A stretch of 64,000 bases of DNA from Bacteroidota bacterium (GCA_030833525.1 JAURGZ010000004.1:8019-72018), one strand, 5' to 3'. Positions 28,970 to 39,272 are shown, counted from the stretch's first letter. Made by a program: numbers and translations. The notes: generated from the letters alone by a model not told the origin.

Positions 28970-29911
28970 GTGAACGCATTATCTGCTACTCATTTTGAAT
29001 TCCCCGGCCAAACTGGCTTTTACAAGGGTAAAGTACGCGACGTTTATAGCTTTGAAAACGACCGCATTGCCATTGTGGCTTGCGACCGAATTTCAGCCTT
29101 TGACCACATTTTACCCCGAAGCATTCCCTTTAAGGGTCAAATACTTACGCAAATAGCGGCCCTGTTTTTGGATCAAACCCAAGACATTGTTCTCAATTGG
29201 AAAACAGCGACTCCTGACCCCCAAGTTACGCTGGGCAAAAAATGCGACCCCATACCGGTTGAATTCGTCGTTCGAGGGTACTTGACGGGCCATGCTTGGC
29301 GCGAATACAAAAGCGGGAAGAGGTTGCTCTGTGGTGTGGTCATGCCCGATGGAATGGTGGAAAACCAAGCCTTTCCGCAACCCATTTTAACACCGGCAAC
29401 CAAAGCCGAAACGGGCCATGACGAAGACATCAGTTTCGAAGACATCGTTCGACGTAGAATCGTGGCCGAAGATTTGTTGAACGAGCTCTATCGCATTTCT
29501 TTTCAGCTTTTTCAACGCGGCACAGAAATAGCCGCCGAGCGCGGTCTGATATTGGTTGATACCAAATACGAATTTGGCCTTTGGGAGCAGAAACCCATGC
29601 TCATCGACGAAATTCACACCCCTGATAGCAGTCGTTATTTCTATGCCGATTCATACTCGCGCTGCTTGGAAGAAGGAAACCCCCAGCGCCAGTTGAGCAA
29701 AGAATTCGTGCGCGAATGGTTGATTCAACAAGGCTTTCAAGGACGAGAAAACGATGTGATGCCTGAAATGTCAGATGAGTGGGTCCAAGAAATCTCAGAG
29801 CGCTACCAAGAACTTTATCAAGTCATGACCGGTTCTCCCTTGAACAAGAGGGATTATTCAGGCATTGAACAATCCATACAAACATCCATCATTCAATCCA
29901 TGCATTCATGA
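28970..29911 (+). CDS. purC: Phosphoribosylaminoimidazole-succinocarboxamide synthase
   Basis: GKVRDVY, DRISAFD, VRGYL.G, TP.TKA, DTKYEFG, DEIHTPDSSR. GTG start at 28970; TAATTTTG at 28945-28952. Confidence 0.93.
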   Translation: MNALSATHFEFPGQTGFYKGKVRDVYSFENDRIAIVACDRISAFDHILPRSIPFKGQILTQIAALFLDQTQDIVLNWKTATPDPQVTLGKKCDPIPVEFVVRGYLTGHAWREYKSGKRLLCGVVMPDGMVENQAFPQPILTPATKAETGHDEDISFEDIVRRRIVAEDLLNELYRISFQLFQRGTEIAAERGLILVDTKYEFGLWEQKPMLIDEIHTPDSSRYFYADSYSRCLEEGNPQRQLSKEFVREWLIQQGFQGRENDVMPEMSDEWVQEISERYQELYQVMTGSPLNKRDYSGIEQSIQTSIIQSMHS

Positions 29912-31749
29912 AAAATACCTTTGGAATCGCAGCAAGTTTGGCCCTAGTAGGCATGGTGCAGTCTCAGACCGTATCGACTTACGCCGGCATTCAATACCAA
30001 GGATCGGGCGAGTACAATGCAACCGCCAACAACAATTTGGACCAGGAATACTTTTCCATGCCCCAATCGCTCGCCTTTGACGCCAACAACCGCATTTGGG
30101 TAACCGACCAACACAATTTGACCATTCTGGATGGAACCGTGAGTCGAAACCGAGGCGGTTACTTGGGTGACCCCAATGAGCCCGGGGGAATCGGCTATGA
30201 CAACGGTACAGGGTCTGTAGCGCGTTTTACCACTCCGGCTGGCGTGGCCGTGCACCCGAGCACGAATGAAGTCTTCATTTGCGACCGCGACAATGGCCTG
30301 ATTCGAAAGGGTAGCAAATATGTAAACTCCACGCAAGGCACCATTTGGAGCACCCACGCTGGTCAATATACCTTTTTGGGTAAACACGCAGATGGTTTCC
30401 TAGCCGACGCGTATTTCAGTTCACCTGAAGACATCGAAATCATGCCCAACGGTGATATGTATATCGTGGATTTCGGCAATGAGTGCATTCGCAAGATTTC
30501 AGGAGGTAGTGTGTACACGGTGGCAGGGAAACCCTTGACGTCTGGCGATGTAGACGGCACCGGTAGCGATGCTCGTTTTTATGCCCCCATGGGAATTTGC
30601 ATTGAATCGAGCAACACCTTGTTGATTGCTGACCGTAACAATAAGAAGATCAAACGCTATACCATTTCTACCGGCAAAGTGGAAACGGTTATTTCCAGCG
30701 GGTTGGATGAACCCACCGATGTGGTATATGCCGAAGGTTCCATTTACGTCATCGATCGTTATTGCATCAAGGTTTGGAACGGCAGCACCCTAAAGGTATT
30801 TGCGGGTAATGCGACCGTTAGCGGATATACCAATGGCAATTTGACCGATGCCCGCTTCCGCAATTTGTCGCATGCGGCTTATCGTTCAAGCGACAAGTCG
30901 ATTTATGTCTGCGATTTGGGAAACAACGTAATACGCCGCGTTCCCTTGGTATTGTCTCCTGTTATTGATTTTTCAGCCAATGCAACAGCAGTAAGCACCA
31001 ATCAAACGGTAGTCTTGACGGCGAATTGCTTCAATACTTCAACCTATGCTTGGACCATCAGCCCCAATACCTACACCTTGCAGGCCGGTTCCACATTGTC
31101 AGACTCCATCGTATATGTTTCCTTCAACAATACCGGCTCATACACAGTTGATTTGAAGGGAAGCAATCCCTCATTTTCAGCCAATCTGACCAAGAATAAC
31201 TACATCAACGTATCTACCATAGCGGGCTCTAAACCCAACGCTGACTTCATGGCTTCGCGCACGCTTACAGCCCCTAATGCAATGGTTCAGTTGATTGATT
31301 TAAGTGCCAACAGTCCCACCACCTATGCCTGGTCCTTCAGTCCCAATACGGTGAATTACCAAGGGGGTACCACATCGGCTAGCCGAAACCCTTCGGTTAC
31401 GTTCTCGGCAGAAGGCAACTATACGGTTTCCCTTACGGCTAGCAATGCCAACGGCTCGAATCAAAAAACCAAAGACGCTTACATCAGTGTACAGTTGAAC
31501 AACGTGGAGCAACCCGTCGTGCTGTACCGTTTGTTCCCCAATCCCAGCATCGGCCCATTCACAATCACTGGTTTTGAGAATGACCAGTTGTTGGAAATGC
31601 ATGCGGTTACAGCACAGGGACAACGCATTGCCTTGCAGCAAACCGCTCCCTGGGAATTTGTTCTCCAAGGCCCCAATGGCTTGTATTACCTGGAAGGAAT
31701 CTTGGCCTCTGGTCACCGTATCAGCTTGCCATTCGTAAAATTGGATTAA
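29908..31749 (+). CDS. T9SS substrate: NHL-repeat beta-propeller, two PKD domains, type A C-terminal domain
   Basis: Repeated DG...ARF..P.G motifs, PKD YAWSFSP...GNYTVSL, and C-terminal LFPNPS...GLYYL...FVK. Confidence 0.85.
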   Translation: MKNTFGIAASLALVGMVQSQTVSTYAGIQYQGSGEYNATANNNLDQEYFSMPQSLAFDANNRIWVTDQHNLTILDGTVSRNRGGYLGDPNEPGGIGYDNGTGSVARFTTPAGVAVHPSTNEVFICDRDNGLIRKGSKYVNSTQGTIWSTHAGQYTFLGKHADGFLADAYFSSPEDIEIMPNGDMYIVDFGNECIRKISGGSVYTVAGKPLTSGDVDGTGSDARFYAPMGICIESSNTLLIADRNNKKIKRYTISTGKVETVISSGLDEPTDVVYAEGSIYVIDRYCIKVWNGSTLKVFAGNATVSGYTNGNLTDARFRNLSHAAYRSSDKSIYVCDLGNNVIRRVPLVLSPVIDFSANATAVSTNQTVVLTANCFNTSTYAWTISPNTYTLQAGSTLSDSIVYVSFNNTGSYTVDLKGSNPSFSANLTKNNYINVSTIAGSKPNADFMASRTLTAPNAMVQLIDLSANSPTTYAWSFSPNTVNYQGGTTSASRNPSVTFSAEGNYTVSLTASNANGSNQKTKDAYISVQLNNVEQPVVLYRLFPNPSIGPFTITGFENDQLLEMHAVTAQGQRIALQQTAPWEFVLQGPNGLYYLEGILASGHRISLPFVKLD

Positions 31750-31761
31750 GCCCAAAGGCGC

Positions 31762-33588
31762 ATGGGTATTGACCATTTCCAAGAAAAAAGAACTCCCTGG
31801 TCGGAGTTCTTTTTCATTAAGGCCCTCTTTGCATTCGGGGCTCTCTTGGCTTGGCAATGGCTCATGCGTTTGCTGTTTTTAGGGCTAGTAGGAAATCCTG
31901 AACTCTGGTGGGAAACCCAATCCCATGCTTGGAGAATGGATGCTTCCATGGCTTCCTATTGGTTTGCTTTGGGCTTGCTCGCTCTTCTGTTGCCCGGTAA
32001 AGCCCGCATGTGGGGCCTTCGGTTGGGCTTATTTGCCTTGATCAGCAGCGGTTTGTTATTGGCTGTTTCAGATGCTGAATTTTGGGTGCTGTGGGGAAGT
32101 CGATTCAATGCTCAAACGCTGCATTACCTGGCATATCCCCGTGAGTGTTTAGCCTCTTTGAACCTGGGCCAAATGACCGGGATAGCCTTATTGATGTTGA
32201 TTTCAGCATTGGGGGCATATACCATTAGCGCCCGAATGAGCCTGGGGAATTCCACCCCCTGGATTCCTTGGGGACTATCCTTGATTATGGCCTTTTTTCT
32301 GGCCCGCGGTGGCTTCAGCCCAACTCCCTTACAGCCCAGTTCTGTGTATTACAGCACTCATCCTTTGCGCAACGCAGCGGCTACCAACGGTACATGGAAT
32401 TTCTTTTTCATATTGAGTCAGCAGCGCTATAAACCTCAATTGCAAGCTTGGAAAGGGGAGCCTCAGGCACAATTCTATTTTCAACAGGATTCAGGTGCAT
32501 CTCCCATTTGGGTTCAAGCGAATAGACCCCATGTTTTCCTGTTTATTTTGGAAAGTTTCACCGCTCAATTTTCCCAGGTATTCTCTGATGGAAGAGGGCT
32601 TAGAAACGGCAAAAGCGAAATGCCCTTTTTGGATGAACTGGCCTTGCAAGGATTGCGATTTTCCAAAACCTACGCTTGCGGCGATCGAACTGACAAGGGA
32701 CTGGCCGCCATTTTGGCAGGATATCCTGGCCAAATTTGGCAAAGCCTATTGAACGAACCCGAGCGATTTCGCCATCATAGGGGTCTGCCCAGCGTTTTTA
32801 AGGATCACGGCTATCGCACTCATTTCTACTACGGAGGCGATGGTGAATTCTCCAACACCGCTGCTTTTGCACAGGCCATGGGCCTAGATTCCATTCACGA
32901 TGAATCTACCTTTTCAACCCTTTTCAAACGCGACAAATGGGGCCTTGTAGATGCAGATGTGTTGCAATCTTTAGGGTCCAGCATGGGCCGGGTACAGGAT
33001 GCGAATCCTCAATTCATCACTTGGCTCTCCTTGAGTAGCCACGAACCTTATCGTGTGGCTGAATTGGATCCAGGTTTTTCTAGCTCCTGGGATCAAATGG
33101 ACCGCTACCGGGCTTCAGTGCGCTACACTGACGCTTGCCTAAGGTCATTCTTTACCCAATTTCAAAAGGCAGCTTGGTTTCAACAATCCTTATTCATCTT
33201 CATGGCCGACCACGGCCGCGACATCGAAACGGGCTATACCTATGTGGGAGAACCGTCCTTTTTTCAGATTCCTTTTTTCGTTTGGGGGCCGGCTTTAAAA
33301 GAGGAATTCAAGCATCAAGAGACCCGAGGGGTCTTCAGTCAAGCTGACCTCCCCAATACCTTGTTAGCAGGAATGGGATGGGAGATGCTCCACAATCCTT
33401 ATTCACGCAATGCCTTAAAATCGGGCTTTCCCCATGTCGCGATTTGGCACACCGAAGGGAGAATGGGACTCATGGATTCAGGCTCCTTTGTGCAAGGTCA
33501 AATTGAGATGGCTCCAACAATGCCGCAGCAGCGACTGAGAGGAATCGAAAATGATTTGTGGAATCGAATTGAGTCAGGCAAATGGTAA
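31762..33588 (+). CDS. LTA synthase/phosphoglycerol transferase-like membrane sulfatase-fold protein
   Basis: N-terminal TM helices, ARGG, FILESF, DRTDKG (Thr nucleophile position), SSHEPY, ADHG. Confidence 0.82.
   Translation: MGIDHFQEKRTPWSEFFFIKALFAFGALLAWQWLMRLLFLGLVGNPELWWETQSHAWRMDASMASYWFALGLLALLLPGKARMWGLRLGLFALISSGLLLAVSDAEFWVLWGSRFNAQTLHYLAYPRECLASLNLGQMTGIALLMLISALGAYTISARMSLGNSTPWIPWGLSLIMAFFLARGGFSPTPLQPSSVYYSTHPLRNAAATNGTWNFFFILSQQRYKPQLQAWKGEPQAQFYFQQDSGASPIWVQANRPHVFLFILESFTAQFSQVFSDGRGLRNGKSEMPFLDELALQGLRFSKTYACGDRTDKGLAAILAGYPGQIWQSLLNEPERFRHHRGLPSVFKDHGYRTHFYYGGDGEFSNTAAFAQAMGLDSIHDESTFSTLFKRDKWGLVDADVLQSLGSSMGRVQDANPQFITWLSLSSHEPYRVAELDPGFSSSWDQMDRYRASVRYTDACLRSFFTQFQKAAWFQQSLFIFMADHGRDIETGYTYVGEPSFFQIPFFVWGPALKEEFKHQETRGVFSQADLPNTLLAGMGWEMLHNPYSRNALKSGFPHVAIWHTEGRMGLMDSGSFVQGQIEMAPTMPQQRLRGIENDLWNRIESGKW
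31785..31814. terminator. Bidirectional terminator-like hairpin
   Basis: AAAAAGAACTCC-ctggtc-GGAGTTCTTTTT, a 12-bp perfect stem starting about 35 nt after the PKD gene stop. Confidence 0.55.
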
Positions 33589-33648
33589 AAAAATCGACAT
33601 GTTTCTGTCCATGAATTGTTTGGCATATTTTTTGAAAAGTTCAACAGC

Positions 33649-33867
33649 GTGAAACGATTCCCGAGAAAAATATGGTTTTTAGCCTTTTTGATTCTGCTGA
33701 ATCTGGTGGGCTACTCGTGGGCCCGTTGTTATTTTCAATCCCGCCCACAATCGCTATCCGAAGAGTATAACGAACGCATACAGTCGGTTAACGCTTCGGC
33801 TTCAATAGGTTACAAATATTTGGAGTTGGGGTTGGAGTTCGTGAAGTTGCTTGCTAAGCAACGATGA
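33649..33867 (+). CDS. Small single-pass membrane/secreted hypothetical protein
   Basis: GTG start, MKRFPRKIWFLAFLILLNLVGYSWA hydrophobic N-terminus, ATGA overlap with the downstream kinase. Confidence 0.55.
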   Translation: MKRFPRKIWFLAFLILLNLVGYSWARCYFQSRPQSLSEEYNERIQSVNASASIGYKYLELGLEFVKLLAKQR

Positions 33868-34919
33868 AATTCGAAGGTCACTTACCGGGCATGTATTGGA
33901 AAGGCGCTCAATGGGCCCTTCGGTACAAAATCCACCATGCATTCTTTTGGTTGCTTGCCGCCATTGTAGGGGCTTGGTTGTTTCGAAATAGCGAAACCCC
34001 GGTAGAGGCTGTATGGCGCATGATGTTGGTACTCAGCGTGCACATGGTGGTTTCTTATGTCAACTTGTATTACTTGGTTCCCAAATTCTTGCGCAAGGGA
34101 GAATATGCCATTTATACCTTGGGCCTGCTATTGACATTGGGCAGTGCTACCTTTCCCATGGCCATTTTGGTGCACACCATCTTGAACGATCAAGACTTGC
34201 AAAGCCTGGTTTGGTCTACCTTCTTCTTGGGTGTTATTGCGTTGAGCTTGTTGTTCACAGTAGCCATTTCGATGGCCTTCAAATTGGTCAAAGATTGGTA
34301 CCAGGAGCAGCGAAAGAGACAAGAATTGGAACAGCTTCAGCTTCAAACGGAGTTGAAATTCTTGAAGAGCCAAATCAATCCTCATTTCTTATTCAATAGC
34401 CTCAACAATATCTATGGGCTGACGCTTTTAAAATCTGACAAAGCCTCAGCTGCCCTGCTCAAGTTATCTGGAATACTGCGCTATGTGTTGCATGATGGGT
34501 CCAAAAACCGGGTTCCATTGGAATCTGAACTTGAACAGTTGGAGAACTATTTTGAGTTGGAAATGCTGCGACTGGCCGACTCGAGCGATTGCCAAATCCA
34601 ACTGCTTCCTCCCGATGAAGAAATGTACATTGAACCCATGTTATTCATGACCTTGTTGGAAAATGCTTTCAAACACGGGCATAAGCAGGGGGGGAGTCCA
34701 CAGGTCTCTTGTCAAGGCCATCCAATCGAGAACGGGTATGTGTTTCGGGTTGAAAACCAAATATCAAAATTGACTTCTCCATCTGTTGAAAAAGGCGGCA
34801 TAGGGCTGGTCAATCTCAAAAAACGATTGGAATTGACCTACTCAGGCCATTACCACTTTCAAACGACCATCACCGACAATCGCTATGGCTGCGAATTGTC
34901 CATAAATCTAAAGGAATAA
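33864..34919 (+). CDS. LytS/YehU-family sensor histidine kinase
   Basis: Four TM segments, LKSQINPHFLFNSLNNI, ENAFKHG, GIGLVNLKKRL. Confidence 0.92.
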   Translation: MKFEGHLPGMYWKGAQWALRYKIHHAFFWLLAAIVGAWLFRNSETPVEAVWRMMLVLSVHMVVSYVNLYYLVPKFLRKGEYAIYTLGLLLTLGSATFPMAILVHTILNDQDLQSLVWSTFFLGVIALSLLFTVAISMAFKLVKDWYQEQRKRQELEQLQLQTELKFLKSQINPHFLFNSLNNIYGLTLLKSDKASAALLKLSGILRYVLHDGSKNRVPLESELEQLENYFELEMLRLADSSDCQIQLLPPDEEMYIEPMLFMTLLENAFKHGHKQGGSPQVSCQGHPIENGYVFRVENQISKLTSPSVEKGGIGLVNLKKRLELTYSGHYHFQTTITDNRYGCELSINLKE

Positions 34920-35638
34920 TGAAAAAAATACGCTGCATACTCATTGATGATGAGCCCTTGGCTTTGGATGTTCTCAAAACCCTATTGGCTGAATTCCCAC
35001 AGATTGACATCATTGGCTTGTTCCAAGATCCTCAATCGGCATTGACCTATTGGCAAGAACACGAAGTAGATGTGGTGTTCACTGATATTCACATGCCTAA
35101 CCTCGATGGTCTTAGCTTGATCAAAGAGCGAAAGGCCGCTCAGACTGCAGTCGTATTTACAACCGCGCATTCAGAATTTGCTGCTGAAGCATTCGAATTG
35201 GAAGCTTTGGATTATTTACTAAAGCCCATTTCTCCTGAACGTTTGGCCAAAACCGTACACCGATTGATGGAATTTGCTGAGCTTCGGGGTCAGGCCCAGG
35301 CTTCGGTGCTAGAAGAGGGCTATCTGTTTGTCAAAGTAGATGGGGATCACCAAAAAATTGCCTACAAAGACATTCTCTACGTTGAGGCTTTTGCTGATTA
35401 CGTAAAAATTTGGACTGGGCCTGAAAAACGCTATGTAACCCTTCAGACCATGCGAAAAATGGAGCAAAAATTACCCTCAGATTTGTTCATTCGCACCCAT
35501 CGCAGTTTCATCGTCTCCAAAGACAAAATTGAGTCGATCCAAAGTCAAGCCATTCAGGTTGGTGCCGCGCGCATTCCCGTAGGCAAGAATTACAAAGATT
35601 CCGTGTTGTCATTGCTGAAAGAAAATGGCTTAAAATAG
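34919..35638 (+). CDS. LytTR-family response regulator
   Basis: IDDEP, DIHMP, FTTA, DYLLKP, LytTR FIRTHRSFIV. Confidence 0.93.
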   Translation: MKKIRCILIDDEPLALDVLKTLLAEFPQIDIIGLFQDPQSALTYWQEHEVDVVFTDIHMPNLDGLSLIKERKAAQTAVVFTTAHSEFAAEAFELEALDYLLKPISPERLAKTVHRLMEFAELRGQAQASVLEEGYLFVKVDGDHQKIAYKDILYVEAFADYVKIWTGPEKRYVTLQTMRKMEQKLPSDLFIRTHRSFIVSKDKIESIQSQAIQVGAARIPVGKNYKDSVLSLLKENGLK

Positions 35639-35793
35639 CGGTTGTAATAAAATTATGACTTCCTTCAAATTGTTGAAATTCAATAATTTGATACAAATGC
35701 TTATAATTTTTCTAAATCGAATAAAATAATTTGGCCATTCTCAAGTTAATACGCTTGGAAGGGCAGTGATACTGCCCTGTAAAAACAAAAATT

Positions 35794-36120
35794 GTGAGTA
35801 AGCTAGATTACAACAAGATCAAGAATCTTGCAGCCTCAAAGCGAATTCCCATTAAAGAATTGGCTAGGCGTTGTGACTTAAGTGAGCAAGGATTTCATTA
35901 CATGCTAAAAAAACAAACCATGCGGGTAGATACCTTGGAGCGCATTTGTGAGGCGCTTGAGGTTTCACCGTTTGAGTTATTTGGCTCACTGGATGGTAGT
36001 GTAGACAACCCCATGGCCACCATGAGCCAAAATGCGCAGATGTCCAATGAAAGAGCGGAACAGCTCTTGCATAAATTGGACATCATCATCGATTTGCTGC
36101 GTCTACAGAAAATTGGATAA
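35794..36120 (+). CDS. XRE/Cro-C1 family helix-turn-helix regulator
   Basis: IKELARRCDLSEQGF...TLERICEALEV...LF; short helical C-terminal tail. Confidence 0.8.
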   Translation: MSKLDYNKIKNLAASKRIPIKELARRCDLSEQGFHYMLKKQTMRVDTLERICEALEVSPFELFGSLDGSVDNPMATMSQNAQMSNERAEQLLHKLDIIIDLLRLQKIG

Positions 36121-36123
36121 CCC

Positions 36124-36981
36124 TTAACCGTAGGTATTTCGAGCTACTTCTGCAGCTTTCTCAAAAGCTTCGGTAATCAGGCTATGATCATCCCCTTGGC
36201 TAATCAACCAAGGCAATACCTGTTCGGTAGGCACATTGCCCGTTAGGTCGTCTTTGGCCATGGGGCATCCGCCGAAACCGCCAAAAGCACCTTCGAATCG
36301 CCGACAGCCTGAATCGTAGGCGGTCTTCACTTTTTCCATCCAAGCCTGAGGTTGGGCATGAAAATGAGCTGAAACGTGCAGGTCTGAGTGGCACAAGGAC
36401 TGAAATAGATAGTGAATCGACGAAGGAGAGGCTTGGCCAGTTGTGTCTGCCAACGAAATGTTGCGTATGCCCAACTTCTGAATTTGCCTTACCCATGTCA
36501 GCACCTCTTCTTCGCTGTAGGGTTCTCCATACGGATTGCCAAAACCCATGCTGATGTAGGCAACCACTTCTTTGCCCGCCGCCTTGGCTAAGGCTTGAAT
36601 TTTAGCGAGCCTTATGTAGGCCTCACTGCGGCTTGAATTGGTGTTTCGGCGCTGGAACGCTTCGCTCACGGAAAAGGGAAAGCCTAAATAATCAACGCCG
36701 GGCAGGCTACAGGCTCGCAGCGCCCCCCGAAGATTGGCCACGATGACCAGCAATTTGGTGCGACCTTTATGGGGTGCTATGGCTTGAATCACTTCTGCGC
36801 TATCAGCCATTTGAGGAATGGTAGCCGGGTTCACAAAAGACCCGCAATCAAGAATGTCAAATTGGCATTGCAGGAGCGTTAAACACAATTCGATTTTCGC
36901 TTGGGTAGAAATCGGCCTCTGAATGCCTTGCATGGCATCTCTGGGGCATTCTACATATTCCAAACGAGGATCGAATTCCAT
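36124..36981 (-). CDS. Hydroxymethylglutaryl-CoA lyase
   Basis: ECPRDAMQG, SFV.P..IPQMAD, LADTTG, HFH, GGCPMA. Confidence 0.88.
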   Translation of the reverse strand: MEFDPRLEYVECPRDAMQGIQRPISTQAKIELCLTLLQCQFDILDCGSFVNPATIPQMADSAEVIQAIAPHKGRTKLLVIVANLRGALRACSLPGVDYLGFPFSVSEAFQRRNTNSSRSEAYIRLAKIQALAKAAGKEVVAYISMGFGNPYGEPYSEEEVLTWVRQIQKLGIRNISLADTTGQASPSSIHYLFQSLCHSDLHVSAHFHAQPQAWMEKVKTAYDSGCRRFEGAFGGFGGCPMAKDDLTGNVPTEQVLPWLISQGDDHSLITEAFEKAAEVARNTYG

Positions 36982-39272
36982 TACAGGTGCTCGAAAAAAT
37001 ACTGCGAAACTTTCTTGTACAAGTGCGCTCGGTCGCGGCCCATTACGTTGTGTTCATGCCCGGGATAAATGAAGTAATCCAAGCCTGTAACTCCCGACTG
37101 AACGCATTTCTCTACAAAGAGTTGGCTGTGTTGCCACAATACCACATTGTCTAATGTACCGTGAATCATCAACAATCGTCCTGCGAGTTTATTTGCATGA
37201 TTGAGCAAGCTGTTGGCGGCGTAACCATCGGGGTTCTCTTGAGGGCGATCCATGTACCGCTCGGTGTACATGATTTCGTAGTAATTCCAGTCGATGACAG
37301 GTCCACCGGCTACCCCAACTTGAAAGGCTCCGGCTTGACGCGTCATGAGAGAGGTGGTCATGAATCCACCAAAACTCCAGCCGTGCACCCCACAGCGATT
37401 GGAATCGACATAGGGCAGGGATTTGAAATGCCGCAACACCGCCAGCTGATCGTTCATCTCGACCAGGCCCAGATTTCGAAAGGTGGCTTGCTCGAAGGCC
37501 AATCCACGATGCGAAGAGCCCCGGTTGTCAACCGTATAGACGATGTAACCGGCTTGCGCCATGTAGTGAAACCAAAGATTGGCTCCACCCAACCAGCGGT
37601 TTTGAATCATTTGAGCATGCGGGCCGCCATACAGGTAACAAACCACCGGGTATTTCTTCGATGGGTCAAAGTCACTGGGGTAAAAAGTGCGGGTATACAG
37701 GATATTGCCCTCGTTTTCCAATTGGCTCATTTCCATGCGGGCCAGCGAATACTCTTGCAAAGGGTTGGCCGCTTCAAAGACCAACAGCGGGGTCTGCACC
37801 GTAGCCGATTCTTTCCAATTGATGGCCTGCACCAGGTAGCTGCGAGGGGTGTTCGTACTGGAAAACATGTCAACAAACATCGATTGAGCAAAATTGCAGG
37901 AGGCAGGCGATACGCTATGTACACCTTGGAATTGGGTGAGCAATACGGGCTTAGAACCTTTGCTGCCCCAATTCCAAGCATATACGTCAACGTTCAACGG
38001 TGAACGCTGTGTGCTCGTATACAACATGGCATTCGCCTGAATGGATGAGCTCGATGCACCCGAAGCAAAGCCCAGAAAGTCCAATACTTCCCAATTGCCT
38101 TGGGTAAGGGGTCGAACAGCCCCTTTGCCGTGCAGGGTTAGATTGAACCCCACAGGCGATGGAGTTAATTCAGTTTTTCCCTTTGAACTATACAACCACA
38201 GGTGGTTATAGCCCGAATATTCAGAGAAAAACAGGAAATCAGTCTGGGAACCGGGCAGGAAATGCAATCCGTGTTCGGGCTCCACGTAGCGAGGGCTGGT
38301 TTGTGTAAACAGGGTTGTGATCAGGGCGCCGGTTTCGCTGTCGTATTGCTTCAACGCGCAAGTGTCTTGGCCTCGGTTCAATGCAAAAACATACACGCTT
38401 TTTTCGTCTGGCGACCAAGTGATGTTGGTCAGGTATTGGTCGTAGGGGCCTTCGGTTTGCAAATAAACCACCTTGGATGATCCGGTCTGGGCAATGCCGA
38501 TGCTCACTGTGTGGCTGGAGTCACCCGCCATGGGATAGGGGATGGACTGGTGTTTGGCAGGTCTTTCATTGAGGTCTACCAAAGGGTAAGGGCTCACCCG
38601 ACCTTCATCCATTCGGTAAAACGCCAAACGATGGCCCGAGGGAGACCAAAACAATCCCTTCTCGATGCCAAATTCATTGCGGTGAACGCTTTGCCCGTAC
38701 ACGATACCGTGGCCACCGTCGGTGGTGAGTATTTGGTCATTCAGGTACAATTGATCATCGAGCACATAGGCTACTGATCGGCCGTTGTCGGTTATTTCCA
38801 AGGCTTGAGTGCCCGCTGGAATGCGAATCCCGGCTTCTTTAGCCTGGGTCTGGATGTTTAAAAATTCAATTCCCGTCTTGGATTGAAACCAAACTTCATT
38901 TTCGTTTAACCAATGAAATGCAGGGAAATAGGGCATCTGAAACCAACTAAAAAAACTGTCAATGGGCAGCAATACAGACTCTGATCCCGATCGGGCATCA
39001 CGGGTTTTCAGGTTTTTAATTTTATCGCTGTAATTCACATAGGCCAGGTTTGGACTGTTGCCTCTCCAGGCCAGGTTTCCCAAGCCTCCAGGATAAAGCG
39101 CTGAGCTGAAACAAGCATTCAAATCCAAGGCTTTTTTACCCTCAGACTGGGCTAAATCGTTCACACGGGTTTGGGCTTGTTCCAAGGATTGGGCTCGCAA
39201 GCCCCCTAAAATGCTCAAACCAAAGGCAAAGGCCGCGATATTCCGGTATTTCATGGTGCGTCTTTCAGACAT
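36981..39272 (-). CDS. S9B peptidase (dipeptidyl-peptidase IV/prolyl tripeptidyl peptidase family)
   Basis: HRNEFGI.KG.FWSP, YGGPH, GWSFGG (catalytic Ser), YTERYM, HGTLDNV, HEH. Start is 39272 or 39254; the ORF-track extension to 39611 overlaps dapD. Confidence 0.9.
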   Translation of the reverse strand: MSERRTMKYRNIAAFAFGLSILGGLRAQSLEQAQTRVNDLAQSEGKKALDLNACFSSALYPGGLGNLAWRGNSPNLAYVNYSDKIKNLKTRDARSGSESVLLPIDSFFSWFQMPYFPAFHWLNENEVWFQSKTGIEFLNIQTQAKEAGIRIPAGTQALEITDNGRSVAYVLDDQLYLNDQILTTDGGHGIVYGQSVHRNEFGIEKGLFWSPSGHRLAFYRMDEGRVSPYPLVDLNERPAKHQSIPYPMAGDSSHTVSIGIAQTGSSKVVYLQTEGPYDQYLTNITWSPDEKSVYVFALNRGQDTCALKQYDSETGALITTLFTQTSPRYVEPEHGLHFLPGSQTDFLFFSEYSGYNHLWLYSSKGKTELTPSPVGFNLTLHGKGAVRPLTQGNWEVLDFLGFASGASSSSIQANAMLYTSTQRSPLNVDVYAWNWGSKGSKPVLLTQFQGVHSVSPASCNFAQSMFVDMFSSTNTPRSYLVQAINWKESATVQTPLLVFEAANPLQEYSLARMEMSQLENEGNILYTRTFYPSDFDPSKKYPVVCYLYGGPHAQMIQNRWLGGANLWFHYMAQAGYIVYTVDNRGSSHRGLAFEQATFRNLGLVEMNDQLAVLRHFKSLPYVDSNRCGVHGWSFGGFMTTSLMTRQAGAFQVGVAGGPVIDWNYYEIMYTERYMDRPQENPDGYAANSLLNHANKLAGRLLMIHGTLDNVVLWQHSQLFVEKCVQSGVTGLDYFIYPGHEHNVMGRDRAHLYKKVSQYFFEHL

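Noticed and set aside
35794..36120. XRE genes (here and at 62411-63229) as prophage or toxin-antitoxin remnants
   Set aside because: No integrase, structural, toxin or att features nearby; flanks are housekeeping genes.
37161..38003. 280-aa antisense ORF over the S9 peptidase (similarly 61640-62374 over pdhA and 46769-47446 over ccmC/D)
   Set aside because: Shadow ORFs opposite conserved genes, with no independent promoter or protein signature.
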